DNA of 64,000 nt, taken from assembly GCA_038496445.1 (NCBI GenBank), contig JALMLS010000228.1, positions 372,001 through 436,000 on the forward strand. Reading direction: 5' to 3'. The position numbers were made by a program, and so were the translations under genes. The notes beneath the pieces were generated by a model. It saw nothing but the letters and a program-made list of their open reading frames with translations. It made no database searches and was not told the DNA's origin. The DNA is from Trichosphaerium sp. ATCC 40318. Its lineage: Eukaryota; Protista; Tubulinea. Below are positions 39,172-52,473 of the stretch, in pieces (position 1 is the first letter of the stretch; every line of letters starts with the position of its first letter).

Positions 39172-39842
39172 TACAAATATCACAACAATAAACGTTTGGT
39201 TATAAATTCTACTTGCCACCTTTTGACTACAATGCCAGAATCTGTCACTTTAATCATGTTAGTACTAACACCATGAAGAGCAATAACATCCTTAATATTG
39301 TTTATGTAATATATTGAGTTTAGTTCAGAACACCCAGCGTATTTACAAGTGAAAGTAGCGAATGCCCAACCATCCTGTTGCATGGAAGAAACGGAGCCAG
39401 GTTATGTAAGCACTCCACTTTTAAAACAAAATTACTTATGCTCTTTAAAATACTTTTATACCGTTGATGATTGGTATAATAGTAGTCAAGTATGATGTGA
39501 ATAACTAGGTACAAGCGTTAGGTATTTGATTATAGTGATGTAGTCTACAATGACTCTAAAAATAGTTTAATTTAGTGACTTTTTTAAGTAGAGTTTAGCT
39601 ACGTCGGTTTGAGTTTTGTTACTGTATATAGGTGTTAGTGGTTGTAATTAATACCATCACGCGTTGCTGTTTTAAAATTAAAAGCCAACAAGTGCCTCAC
39701 ATATGTTGAATAAAAGTAGTTGAAATTTATGGTTTTCCCAATCTACAGTGATGTTATATGCAGTGTTCTACACTTTTCTTGTTTTGAACTGGGTACATGA
39801 CGCGGTAGGACAACTATGAGCAATTGCAAAAATACACTGTAG

Positions 39843-39955
39843 CCGGAAATGTTTTGGTTCGTATAAGTGCTCGTTTAAGAAACTTCAGCCCAATTACTGC
39901 AGGCAGCGTTTGTAGGAGCTTACCAAGGGATACCTGGCCATGGTAGTATACATTT
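39843..39955 (+). pseudogene. Degenerate duplicate fragment of the FG-GAP gene's 3' exon
   Basis: ccggaaatgttttggttcgtataagtgctcgtttaagaaacttcagcccaatt...ttaccaagggatacctgg closely matches 45022-45135, with substitutions and indels. Confidence 0.8.
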
Positions 39956-40344
39956 TATTTTGTGTTAGTTCTTACAAGATTTGTCAAAACAACAAGATCT
40001 GAAGGATGTTACAAGTTCTAGAAAAACCATAATTCACGTCTACAATGCACATATTATTGCGACACCACGTGTTATTACCCATTTTATTTTATTTGGTACT
40101 TAGCTTTTGTGTTCTGTTGACGTACAACAGTTTTTCTCCCATACTTTTCAACTGATTATACGTATGTTAATACCGTACGCTCAGCGCAAGATACTTAGGA
40201 AGCGCTTGGAATTTTCTTTGAGGTTTTTTGACGTTTAATACTCCTCTTTACGCCTGAATGTGCCAGCATTCGCGCGTGGCGCTAGTAAGCTAACATGTAA
40301 AACAGCTTTAAAATTTCGGCCCTTTTTTATGGCTCCTTGGGTCA

Positions 40345-40784
40345 GTAGTAATGAAAGCGCAGAGCCTGTTAACAATTACAACCCAGAATGGGTCTTAGTT
40401 AAAATAGTTTCAATGAATGGATGTGATGCTCTTCTTATACTTTTATTACCGGTCATGTGATCATGTGAATTGGCAACGCAGATGGAAAATTTAGCATAAG
40501 TTCGTTTTTATCACGTGTAACCTACTGTTAAAGTGGTAATCTCACGTTCAAAACAATTTTCTCCAATACAATTTATTACACGTGATAAACGTCACTTTAA
40601 CGGTAGGTTACACGTGATAAAAACGAACTTATGCTAAATTTTCCATCTGCGTTGCCAATTCACATGATCACATGACCGGTAATAAAAGTATAAGAAGAGC
40701 ATCACATCCATTCATTGAAACTATTTTAACTAAGACCCATTCTTGAGTTGTAATTGTTAACAGGCTCTGCGCTTTCATTACTAC
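40345..40784. repeat. Long near-perfect inverted repeat (arms 40345-40535 and 40593-40784, 57-nt spacer); foldback/MITE-like
   Basis: The arms are reverse complements over about 190 nt with only a few differences. A partial third copy lies at about 40788-40853. Confidence 0.95.
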
Positions 40785-41029
40785 CACCACAATTTATTAC
40801 ACGTGATAAAAACGAAGTTGTGCTAACTTTTCTGTCTGCGTTGCCAATTCACAGCTAAATAACACGCGCTAGTGGTACTAAAATAAATCTACTCTCAATG
40901 CTATTCTTTACGCATGTATGATAAAAATTTATTGGCATTCTTTGCCATTTTTTGTTCACAAATTGGAAAGTTTCGTAATAAAATACTTAAGGACACTTAA
41001 ACTGTCCAAAACAAAACATAGATATAACC

Positions 41030-44000
41030 ATGACAACAACTCAGCTTCTTGGTTTCTTAATACTCTCTACTCTCTCTATTACTTGTTTTTGTTCATATGA
41101 AGGAACACACTTTCCTCGTCATAAACCAGGCAAAGCAGCTAAGTTCAGTAACCCTAAGAGAACAATGGTATGTATAACGGCGTTCTCATAAAGCCATCCT
41201 ACTTTTTGACAGTATCTTTGATTTGTTTTAATCTTGTATTTAGAGTGGTGCACCAAATGCGCCTACACACTTTGAACCTCTTGATGTGATGGTAGAAAAA
41301 CGTTTGGCGGAACATGAATCTACTAAACGTATCACTGGTCAAGCCGATCCACCTGTAGATGCTGATCCTTTCGCTGGAAACTACAAACTTGGTATTTCCT
41401 TACCTCTTTTCTTGTTATTGTTTTAACTTTTTTGTTCTTAGTATCACGTGATAACCTTCACTTGAGCTATACAAGGAATGGTAATTTCAAAGCTTATCAA
41501 AACGAAATGACTTTTCATGATGATCTTTCAACCGGGACACAAATATTCACACAAAGGGAGATGGAAGATGGGTACGCTTGTAGTTATATTTTAATCGAAC
41601 TGCTAACGACCACTTGTAGTGATACCAATCACGCTGATGGACGTCGTGCATTTTGTACAGTATCTGCGGATCTCAATGGAGATACTATTGTACGAATAGC
41701 TTTTATTTGGTGTTTACAAGAACTCTTTTTTAATATGGAATAGGATGAAGTTGTTCAAGTTTATGTTCATCTTGAAAACGATATTTTTGAGCTAACATCA
41801 ACAATCATCAGCTATGATGACAACCTTGTTCCTCAAGAAACAACAGCAACGTTGACCAGACTTCATCTTCTATATCCTTATGGAACACCACAACAAGTAG
41901 CATGTGCAGCAGGTGATTTGAATGGTGATAACAGGCACGTATCTTTGTGATTCTGGAGTTCTTTGTATGCTTATTTTTTTTAGAGAAGAGCTTGTAGTTG
42001 TTTTTCGTGTTAAGATTGGCGGTGTGTGGACAGAAGATAGACTAAATATGACTATTATTGAGTACAATGATGATTTCTCTTGGAGTAGCATTGAGAGAAT
42101 TGAAAATGTTGCGCGAACTTATGCAAGTTCATTTGTAAGCGATTACCACTTTAACTTTGATGTGACAATCGGTGATTTTAATGGTATGAGCTAAAAGAAC
42201 TTGGAAAATAATCTAATATTATGTAGGTGCTGGAAAAGGCTCTATTGCTGTAGGATGGGTTCAACGTAAACGCAGTAAGTCCATTTCTTTGATTTTATTA
42301 TAACTGTTGTCGTTTAGTCATTGGCCAAGCGCCGTTACTCAATATAGAATCTGGTGGATCTCCATGGATGGTGCGCAGTCTTTTTTACAATTGTTACAAG
42401 AACTAATGAATGTGTAGCATTTGTACAAAGTGCTTTCTCCACCCGGCACTCCCTCGATGAGTGTAGTTCGTACAACTGTTAATTCAGGAGGAGACTATGC
42501 TTTTAAACCAGACTTTCATTCGTATGCTTTACACGGGATATCACAAATACAAAGCACGTGATTTCAAATTCCATATCATAAATTACACCTTTAGTCATCT
42601 AATCGTGTTTTAGTTGAATCGGGAGACTTTAATGGAGATGGTGTTGATGAGATTGCTATGTATGCTGTTGGCTTATGTAGAAGTAACAACAATTGCAATA
42701 ACGCTCATCACAACTTTATTGTGCTCTTATATGCCACACCTTCTTTGTCATACGTTAAATATGTTCCTGGGTACTATATATTTCTTGTTTTGTACTTATT
42801 TGTTTAATGTTGTTAGGTCTTATGAGATCTTCCCTGCACCTATTTTATACCGCTCGATATATAGATTCGGGCATATTACTGTCGGAGATTTAAATGGAGA
42901 TTTGCATGACGAACTGGCCTTTACTTATTTTAGAGAATCGAGCCCTTTTGTTATTTCAGACAACTTTTTTACTATCATGCAGTTTTCGAACGATCTTGCG
43001 ACACAGCATGTTTCTTGGTCTTCAGTTAGGCAGTGTGGATTTGAAGGAGTACAATTAGCAATCGGTGATTTGAATTTGGATTTACAGGCAGAACTAATAG
43101 TAGCTGGTTGTAGTACGTCTCACAAAGTCTAATTTATTCCCAACTAACTATTGCAACCTTAGAAGTAAATGCTCTTGACTTTGCAAGCTTTTTAGTGTAT
43201 CAACCGCAAAATCCAAGTGCTTTTGATAAAGCTGAACTATGGACTGTGCACCTAAAAGCGTCCAGGGTGATTTCTTTTGCGCAAGGTAATCCGACGGGCA
43301 CTACTCAGTTCTATGCACTTGCTGGAAACTTTGATGGAAGATCTATCCGTGTTGGTCCACCAACATATAGACGATTATCAGATACTGTAGGAGCACTTGC
43401 TGTTATTGGTATACCTCCAGTTCATTATGATGTTCTTGATGATGGAACAGTTATCGATCTACGAAGTTATTTGTCCAGTAGAGATATAGCATTCAGTCAA
43501 ATCAAGAGAGAAAATGTACTGTTGTTGAAAAAATAGCTGACTGTACTAACGTTTGATTGCAGTCTAATACGAGGAGCTTAGCAGCAAGTTTCAGTCGTGA
43601 CTACGCGTTTTCAGCTTCTATTGGAACAGGCTCGGAAGGTTCATACAAAGGGCTTAGTGTATGTATTACAGTAGAAGCTTCATTCCTATTTTATTCTGTT
43701 TTTTATTTCTTCATTGTTTTTCTCACGTTGCTCAATAGTTCAAAACATCAAGTGCCATTGAAAAAGCATATGGTAAAAGTTTTGGGATTACTGCAAGTTC
43801 TTTCTCAGGTAAGTTACTCATGTTCTTAGCTTTATTGTGTTTAACTAAAACATAGGAAAGACTGTAACTGAAACAACTACAACAGGCACAAGTGATATTG
43901 TAGAACTACTTGAAATTAATTATGTACGCACTCTATCCTTTTTATATCGCTAATGACTCTTTTTTAAAGCATATGTGGGAGTATCCTATATACAACACAT

Positions 44001-45405
44001 CTTCAGACGAACGTGCAGGCTCGATTCTGGTTGTTTGGCCTACAAAACTAGATCCATATTGCACTGAGGATTGTGCACCTGAAGTTACTGAACAGTATGT
44101 CTTAAATATTGTTTACTGTTTTAATTCTGTTATAAGCTCATACGCTGGATATGAAGCCTCTTCTTGGGGACCAAACTATGAACCCGGGTTCGCAATACCA
44201 ACAACTAAATTTGATCTAACTCTTTTTTTAAAATAGAAATGTGCTATCTTATGTAGTGACTAATACTAATCCAATACCACCTGATATGCCTAATCAACCA
44301 CATGTTACACCTCTTCAATCATTTAGTACAGGAAGTGGTACAACCAAAACTATCCAATGGGACAGCTTAGTTGGAAATGGAGGTACTAAAATACTCTATC
44401 TATCTGCAACATTAACTAATTTTCTTCTTTACAGTCAGTCTCTCTTCAACGACTACAACAACAGTAACAACATCGGCAGGAATTGGATTTGAAATTCCAT
44501 TTATTGGAGGAGGTTCAAGCTTGGACGCATCAACTGAAGCATCATACACGTTAGTTTTCATTTGAATGTCGTCGTTGAACAAGATATACTAATTTCTGTC
44601 TTAGAGATGCCTCATTAAACGTGAGAGAATACTCAGCGGGTTCGTCCCTACAAATAGTCATTGATTACGAGCCATTACCTCAAGAGTGGAGTTTTCGAGT
44701 ATGTACTAAAATCAAGAAAGTGTTATCCTGTTCTTTTAAATGACGTTTTTCTAAAGGTTACTCCATACTTGTATTGGTCTACAGATGGTGGATATATGTC
44801 ACTTCAACACATAGCTGGTACAATAATGCTTTTCTTACTCATATAGACCCATACATAATTGTTTGTTCTAGATCTAGATGCAGCCTCTACCGGACCACAG
44901 TGGGCAAATGTTTACAACAAACCTGATCCAACATTCATAAAATGGGCAAGACATTCACCAGTACTATCAGCAAGAGATGAAACACGTGATATCAGGTTTT
45001 CTAGTATTACAAAAGATATCACCGGAAATGTTTTAGCTCGTATAAGTGCACGTTTAAGAAACTTCAGCCCAATTGCAGCAAGCAACGTACTTGTGAATGT
45101 TTACCAAGGGATGCCTGGAAATGGTGGTACATTTATTAGGTCGTTTGTGGTATACCTTGGTCCTTATGGTACAGCTGAAGTTCCAGAGTTCACTGCTCTG
45201 ATTAGAGAGTAAGATATTAAGATTTGAAAAAGTTGTTTTTAACACAAACTATAGGCACTTTCAAACTTGTATTTATTTTGATATTGATCCAAACGGCGAC
45301 ATTGATGAGATGCATGAAGGTTTTGGAAACCTAGCATATGCTTTAATTGATAGTCCTGCCATAACATGGAATAGACACTGTGTTACCAGAGGTGGTCTAA
45401 TATGA
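41030..45405 (+). CDS. Large secreted FG-GAP/VCBS repeat protein with Ser/Thr-rich beta region and Ig-like (CARDB-like) C-terminus
   Basis: Signal peptide. Repeats ADLNGD, GDLNGDNREEL, GDFNG, GDFNGDGVDEI, GDLNGDLHDEL, GDLNLDLQAEL, GNFDG. Then IPPVHYD, FSRDYAFSASIG, WEYPIY, EPGNVLSY, TPYLYWS, KPDP, IDPNGDIDEMHE. More than 20 introns. Confidence 0.85.
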
Positions 45406-46015
45406 GTAAATAAATTAGCTTTACACTACCTATGTCGAGATTGCTTGAAGAATCTGTAACCTAGTGATTTACGTTCTACTCTCTTAGCCAGTAGCTAACT
45501 GCTAAGTAATAACTTTACTAGACAAGCTGGAACCGAGAACAACTACCTAGGATAGCAAGGCATGCGACGTACTGAAATGCTATTTGATATTTGTGAAGTA
45601 GGAGTCTGCAATTTTAATGCTTAGTCAACATCCATTTTGTGCTAGTATGCTTAACCATTCAAAAAACGTTTTTCTGCGACTTAAGCAAGTTACTCGTGGT
45701 ACTTTAAGTGTTTATTGTCTGGCACCAAGGCATCTAATACGCATGGAAAAGATAGAAACACAGCAAAGTATTGGTAACAAGGACCAAAAACAGTGTACGT
45801 TGGAAAAAGCCTAAAAACAGCCTTCAATAATGTGTAATACGTTTGTAAGCGTCTAAGGATAAACAAAACGAAAGCGAACTTCAATTGCCCTACAATAAGG
45901 AATCATCAGTTATCAGCGACCTTAAAAAGGCCACAGTACGCTACTATTCACTCGAATACTTTGCAGCATCACTTCTAACTCCATAATTAGCTTGACAAGC
46001 TTGTAAACCAAGCCA

Positions 46016-47941
46016 ATGATGAAAAAGCCAGTGGTATTGGCGTTGCGACTAATGGAGATGCTGAAAAAAAGATCATAACAATTGCACGTTCCGTTAAAAA
46101 TACAGTTGAGTATCTTAAGCTTACGTTTTCTAGGACATGGGATCACTTTGTACTAGAGCTGGCTATGCCGGAGAGCAAACGCCTAGTGTAGTTACTAGGT
46201 AATACCCATTGCATTTTCCATTGTTTTTATTGATACTCTAGAACCTTTGTGGGGGAGAGGCTTGGTGGTTGTTATCGTGGTATGCTAGCCATGGGCACAA
46301 GTACGAGATCAGTTTCATATTTCTTTATTTTTTATAGATTGTCTCAGAGATTTTCTTTCCTGGTGAGGAATTCCTAGAGATACCTCCTCCTCTGCTTGGT
46401 GGATACTGTATTAGAAAACCAATTGAGAAAGGATACATCAAGAACAATGGTGACGTAGAACGAGTACGTTGTTATAGCGTTTTGTTTGTCCTAAGTTTTA
46501 TCTAGATACTTGTTTCGTTGCACAAACAATTTAAAGATGATGATAATGACAAGAAGCAAACATTTCCTTTTGTTATTGTAGAACACCCTGAATTTACTAG
46601 AGAACAACGGAGTAGACTTTTGAGAAGTACAACAACAATCCGCTTTCGATTGTGCTAGTTTTTACTAATGTACTGCTTTTCTAAGGCTTGTTTGAAGTAC
46701 CTATTTGTTCTTCTCATGTTGCCTTTATTACCTCTGCTCAGGCTCGTATATTTGAACAAAGTACGGTTGTATTCACCAATCACGTGAAATTTGTTATTAC
46801 TTACATTTTTGCCTTTTCAGAAAAAGATACAGGTTTATCAGTTGATATTGGCGCTGAAGAGATAAGAGTTACACCAATTTATAAAAAATACGGTATAAAA
46901 GGCACTTGTGTAACAAGTGGTATTGGTGGCGAAACAATAAATCTTCATTTTATGAAGCTACTTGAAGAAAAAGGCATGCAACAACTTTTTTTCAGAAAAA
47001 ACTGCTAAGTCTCATTACGTCATAACTGACATTCTTCATCAAGGACTAGAGTTCAAAAAATATTATAAAGAAGAACGTGTAAGGGAAGTTAAAGAGGTAC
47101 AAGTATATGTAAGAAATCACAGTTTCTAAAATCGGATTTGTTATTCTAGGCGCTATGCTATGTTTCTGAAGACTTCGAAAAAGATATAGCGCTGAAGGAT
47201 GACCCAGAATTTATTAAAACAAACAGTAAGGAGTATAAGATGCAGCGCAAGGAATACGGTAATGAAGATAATAAACCAATAACATTGTGCCATGAGAGGT
47301 AAGCAACTAGTTCACTAAAGTCTGCCATTAACAATTAACAATTGCGTATTAGGTTTGAAGTTAGCGAGCTTTTGTTTACACCAAGCTTGATAAAAAGTGA
47401 AGAACTAGGTCTGGTAGCTGCTGTAATTGAATGTATAAAGGGTTGTCCTTCAGATTTACAAGACGAAATGTGGGATAACATTGTTATTGGTGGAGGTACC
47501 CTTGAGAAGTTGTGTTTTTAACATAACCTGATAACTTAGGTGGATCTATGCTTCCAGGTGTTGTGAAGAGATTAGAAGTAAGTCTTAGCTTTGAAATCAT
47601 TACCTGATAAAGTCTTAATAGATAGAACTAAAGAAATACAGAGGAGACTTACCAGTACAGTCTTATCTTTTTGATAATTTTTACGGACTAACGCCCGTTT
47701 TTAAGGTTACCATTTCTGCGCCAGATAATAGAGATCAAACAGCGTTCTTTGGTGCTGCCGCAGCAGCTAATTCTTTGTACTATGTGACATCAGAACAATA
47801 TGATTATTATGGTAATCCTTTTCTTGTTTTCAGATTTCCTTGTTGCTCTCTTGCACTTATATTTATTTAGGACCTGACCAATGTGCTAAAGTAGCTTGGG
47901 CAAACATAGATCCTTTCAATAGAGATACTATTGAAGAATAA
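46016..47941 (+). CDS. Divergent actin-related protein
   Basis: PVVL|DMGSLCTRAGYAGEQTPS, RKPIEKGYI, LFEVP, TGLSVDIG..VTPIY, GIGG, VREVKEALCYV, CHERFEVSELLFTP, CPSDLQDEMWDNIVIGGGGSMLPG, ISAPDNR..AFFG. Confidence 0.85.
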
Positions 47942-48367
47942 TTTCTTCACAATAGCGAGTTCGTTGTTAATGTAAGACATAGGCTCAAAAAATTGAGTTG
48001 AATATCAACTGATATTTGATTATGTTAATAACGTAATAAACTTATGCTCTTGAATGATGACGACGATTTTGCGCAGTTTTTTCAGCAACACACGCTGTTA
48101 TGTCGGTCTTAATGGGCCTATTAAGCAATCTATATTCCAATTGATTGATATACAGTTACTGTAGCTACCGAGCTATTCTGTTAGCGTAGACAACTTGAAT
48201 CTTCTCTAATCAATCAGTTCGATTTGCTTTGTAAGTTGTCAATCCAATTCGATCTACATAAGTTCAATCATGTTTCAATCATTAGTTTCAATCATGCTCA
48301 ATCACTGCTTTAATCATTATTTCTAAACCCACCCAGTATCAACAACACCTGTTCACCAACTACAATA

Positions 48368-48853
48368 ATGTTATCACGCATACGATCATACATCAAGTCA
48401 AGTGACAACACCAAAAAGATGCAACACTTTCACCAACAGCAAGAGTCACACAATTCGGAAGAAATTATTCTGCCACCAATGATTCAAGCTCAAATTGATA
48501 GAATGAGAAAACACAATGCAGAAATGAGAGCTCAGCCACCTAGGAACGAATTACCAATGGGAGAAGAATGTCAACAAACACACAGTTTCGCAACAGATAT
48601 TGTTTTGGATCCAAAAATACTAGAACTAGATTGGTCTCACATCAAAAACAGAGCGCAGCACACAGAAAAGATATTAAGTATGGTTTTAGCTGCTTATATT
48701 GATGATTGTGGGGATGTTTACAGATATATGCCTAAAAAAGTATTCGATGCTGCCTGCAATGTAATCGAAATGAAACCTTTTCCGCCTGTATTTTACTTTC
48801 CAAAATTTGTTCAAATGGACTATGTTGATTATGTCAATAAACGGAAGTGGTGA
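48368..48853 (+). CDS. Intronless hypothetical protein (161 aa)
   Basis: ATG-initiated ORF with tandem TGA stops and a downstream AATAAA. No recognisable domain. Confidence 0.5.
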   Translation: MLSRIRSYIKSSDNTKKMQHFHQQQESHNSEEIILPPMIQAQIDRMRKHNAEMRAQPPRNELPMGEECQQTHSFATDIVLDPKILELDWSHIKNRAQHTEKILSMVLAAYIDDCGDVYRYMPKKVFDAACNVIEMKPFPPVFYFPKFVQMDYVDYVNKRKW

Positions 48854-49523
48854 TGAGAATAAGTTACTCTGGAAGTTCTAGTATCAACATATAAAAAAGC
48901 TAACAAGCTCAGACCTTTCAATGTAACTAAACAATAAACTATTGACAAATATCATGCAGTTCTTTTTTTAGTTTCATTTTAACTGCCTTACGTTATTCCG
49001 TCACTTAAATACTTTATACAACTACACATGGATGCGCATTATTCTTTATGCTAATTAGATTACCACAAAAGATTACAAGCTTCCAGCATTAACTGGTTCA
49101 GCGTACATCTATAAAACTTCAAAGGTTTTTTGACAGTATAAAATAAGTATTTTACTGGCGTTTGATAAGTGAGAGGTAGTTGTTTAAGTACGGTAGTATC
49201 GTAAAACAACATCAGCAAGTAGCAGTTCTATACAATGGTAGATTACGATTCAAAAAGTTGTTGTGTTGATTGATTGAATGTTTCAATTGATTTATGTAAT
49301 TTGTTGTATATGTACAAGAGATAACTCCAATTTAATAAATGGGAAGGGTCTCTGGCTACGTGATCCAGGGGATCGAAGCTGAGTGAGACGTATTCTCTCC
49401 TCCAATCTGGTATTGTAGATCAACAAGAACGCGTGAATCTAACATAAAAAAATTTTGTACAGCTTTTCTATAAAATGTCTGTTGCTTTATTGTAGATTGG
49501 CTATACGTGGATTAAAACTTGCA

Positions 49524-52041
49524 CTAATCTGTACTACAAGATCTACTACGAGATCTTCTACGTTTACGACGATGCCTACAGGCAGGTGAGCGTGTTCTAT
49601 CTCTCCTGGTACTCGACACTGAACGTGAACGGCTTCTAACTCTACTGTAACGTCTTTTTCTCCTTGGCGGTGAACCAGAGCGTGATCTAGAGCGACTGAC
49701 ACGACGAGACCTGTAAAATAAAAAGGTGAGTACGAAATAAAACGAAAAGAACATACCGAAATTGCCTTCTTGAACAATCTCTATCACGATAAAACCTTGT
49801 AGCTAATCTATCATTAGATTGCCTTGTTCTTTCTCTTAACCCTCTGTAAGTTGGTGATCTTGATCTTGATCTTGAACATCGATTTCCATGTAACCCTTGA
49901 TGCCTTCTACGATCATTGTATTCTTCAATCAAATCCTGTTCATCTCCTCTTTGTCTTTTGACATGTTTCTGGAGGCGTAGACACCTTTCAGTTACTGCAT
50001 TTACTAAGGCACGGTCACCAGAAGGTATGAGTTGAATATACTCCAGCGCAGCAGTAATGAAATCATTGGTGTCACCATACCGACAAGCCTAAAAGAAACT
50101 TAACTGAGGATATACAACAGACTTAATCTCATTTGAGTACATACCTTTGCGAGCTTGCTTGCTGTTTGAACGATGTTTACGCCCAATATATCAATGTTAG
50201 CATATTGTAAAGAAGCTTTTAGATCATCTGTAACTTTATGTTGGCAAGTTATAACCCTTAGGTATCTGTCACCGTCTTGATCACTGAACTCAATCTGAAC
50301 TTGTAAAAGTGCTTGATCAATGTTGTTTAGTTTTTCCTCTTGGCCACTTTTAAATGCCACAACGACTTCTGATTCTTGCTTTATAAAATGATTAGAATAA
50401 CGTAGTTGTGTAAAAAGAATTAATCAACGTACAGTGGCGAGTGTCAGATTTGAGATAGCTTGTGAAGTTGAACTTTCACAGAATACAAAAGGTGAAGTGA
50501 TAAGGCTTGTTATTTTTACGCATGAAGCTATTGGTTTGCGGGTAACAACAGAAGATATACCATCTCGTAATGATTCTCGAGTAAGCATAAGCACTTGGCC
50601 TTTAACAAACAGTAAGTACCACGTTATTATACGCAAAAACTAACATACCTGAAGTGTTTGAAGTCAAAGATCCCAAGACTTCCATGTTGACTGTTCCAGA
50701 ATCTGGTACAGTTAAAACGCTCACTATTGTGCCTGCAAAGAATAAATACTCATTATATTAAAGAGCTGAAAGGGTACCTTGAAGGCAAGCCAAAGTACCT
50801 TGGCCTTTATAAAAAGCATCAAATTCACCTTCAAAGCTGCCAAGTCCATCATTAGCAGCGCCATCAGTGGCTAAGATTACGCGGACTTTAAGACGAGTAT
50901 TAGCACGTGACAAAAATATTATGCTAGTTAACTAATACGTACCGCTTTTAGCTAGTTTACCAAGTGATATTGCAGCGGCTAAGGCAGGTCCTAGAGGAGT
51001 ACCACCATTGTATTTCAAGCTGTTGATAATATTGCAAGTATTCTCATAATTTTCTGATATTGGTAGCAAGTACTTGGATATAGTCTTGAAGTATGTTGTC
51101 GTTTCTGATTCTATTTTTTCTAAATTTAACCATGTCGAGGGAGGAAGATTTAAAACTTCAGAAGGTCCCCATAGTTTAACACGTTTACCAAAAGATACTA
51201 GAAGAAAAAAGTGAGAAAATGTCAAGATGGGTCGTATTGAAGAAACTTACTTATCAAAACACGAGTATTCGCTTCTTCTTTCCTAAGCCTTGCTATTTCC
51301 GTTTTCATAGCTTTTTTCATCAAGTGCAACCTTGTTACATTCCCACACTTGTATTTCATAGATCCAGAAACATCTAAAAGATAGTCAAGAAAAAGTTGTT
51401 GAACCGTCAAATACATACCAATACAAAATATGATTAAGTTGTCAATGTCAACACCTTTAACAGCATTTGAACACGTCTTAGTGTCGTCCTTGGGTATAGC
51501 ATAAAGTGATACTGTATCAGAGGGTATCTATAGAGAACATTAATACGAGCTAGAGCGAAAAATGTGGGTACAATCCACTTTTTAGATCAAAAGAACAACC
51601 AAATCCAATTCCTCAAATCGACTGCTACCCGTTTAAATACAAAGAAACATACAGAAAAGGCGAAAACAAAGCTGTTTTACTCTTTAAAACTATTATACCT
51701 CTTCCTCTTCAAGTAGACACTCCTGTGTGTTACCACAGAAGCTACAAGTCCATTTTTCTCCTTTGACTACACTGTAATTGTTCAGAATCGCGTTGCAGGC
51801 GGTACACTTTTCAGCGTCGCCTGTACGTATATTTTCAGTGTTTTGTAAGTCACTGAGGCTGTTTAGGAAGTCAGTTAACAAAACAACGTTAATTAGAGCT
51901 TGGGACGTACTTGATGAGCGCAACATTAGTTGTAAGTGCATGGCGTGTGCCTGCGGGCGGTGTACTGCGAATAGCGCTTCTACCTCTATTATCGAACTCA
52001 TTTCCGTTATACACTAACGACGAGCCAAGTTGCAAGCTCAT
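49524..52041 (-). CDS. Sec23/24-type zinc finger + VWA domain protein (CPRAS-like core) with C-terminal RS domain
   Basis: MSLQLGSSLVY...TNVALI, TGDAEKCTAC...WTCSFCG, MIFCI|LDVSGSM-type MIDAS, GGTPLGPAL, RVILATDGAAN, QVQIEF..DGDRYLRVIT, then RSRSRSP-rich exons. The 3' end is uncertain. Confidence 0.78.
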
Positions 52042-52473
52042 GGTTTGGTTTGGATAATGAAGAAAGGCAAAGAAACAGTAATTTTATAAAGTTTATTATC
52101 AGTTAAGTGAATGAAAACCTACAAAGAAAGTTCCGGATTTTAGCACGTCCGCAAAGATGCCATGGTAAGCAAGCTCTTAAACTGTTTTTAGATAAAAAAT
52201 CACGTTCAAGTTGTAATTACACACCCACATAGCATACAAGCTGAAAATCATGTTTTTGAACAACGCCCAAAAGCCCTACCTTGACTCACATTCGTTTGGT
52301 ATTCTTCAGAACTACGAGAAAAGTAGATTCTTCAGAGTAGTTCAACAGAACCTAGCCATTATGTAACGCTTGAAAAGAATTTGTTTGAAGGTTACAGTTG
52401 AAGGACTACATCATTTGGTAAGTTTATTAAGTTACAAACTTGTTTGTATTGTTTTTTTAACCAGTTTTCAGCA

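Noticed and set aside
40345-40853. CRISPR array or autonomous transposon
   Set aside because: No repeat-spacer periodicity, no transposase ORF and no clear TSD.
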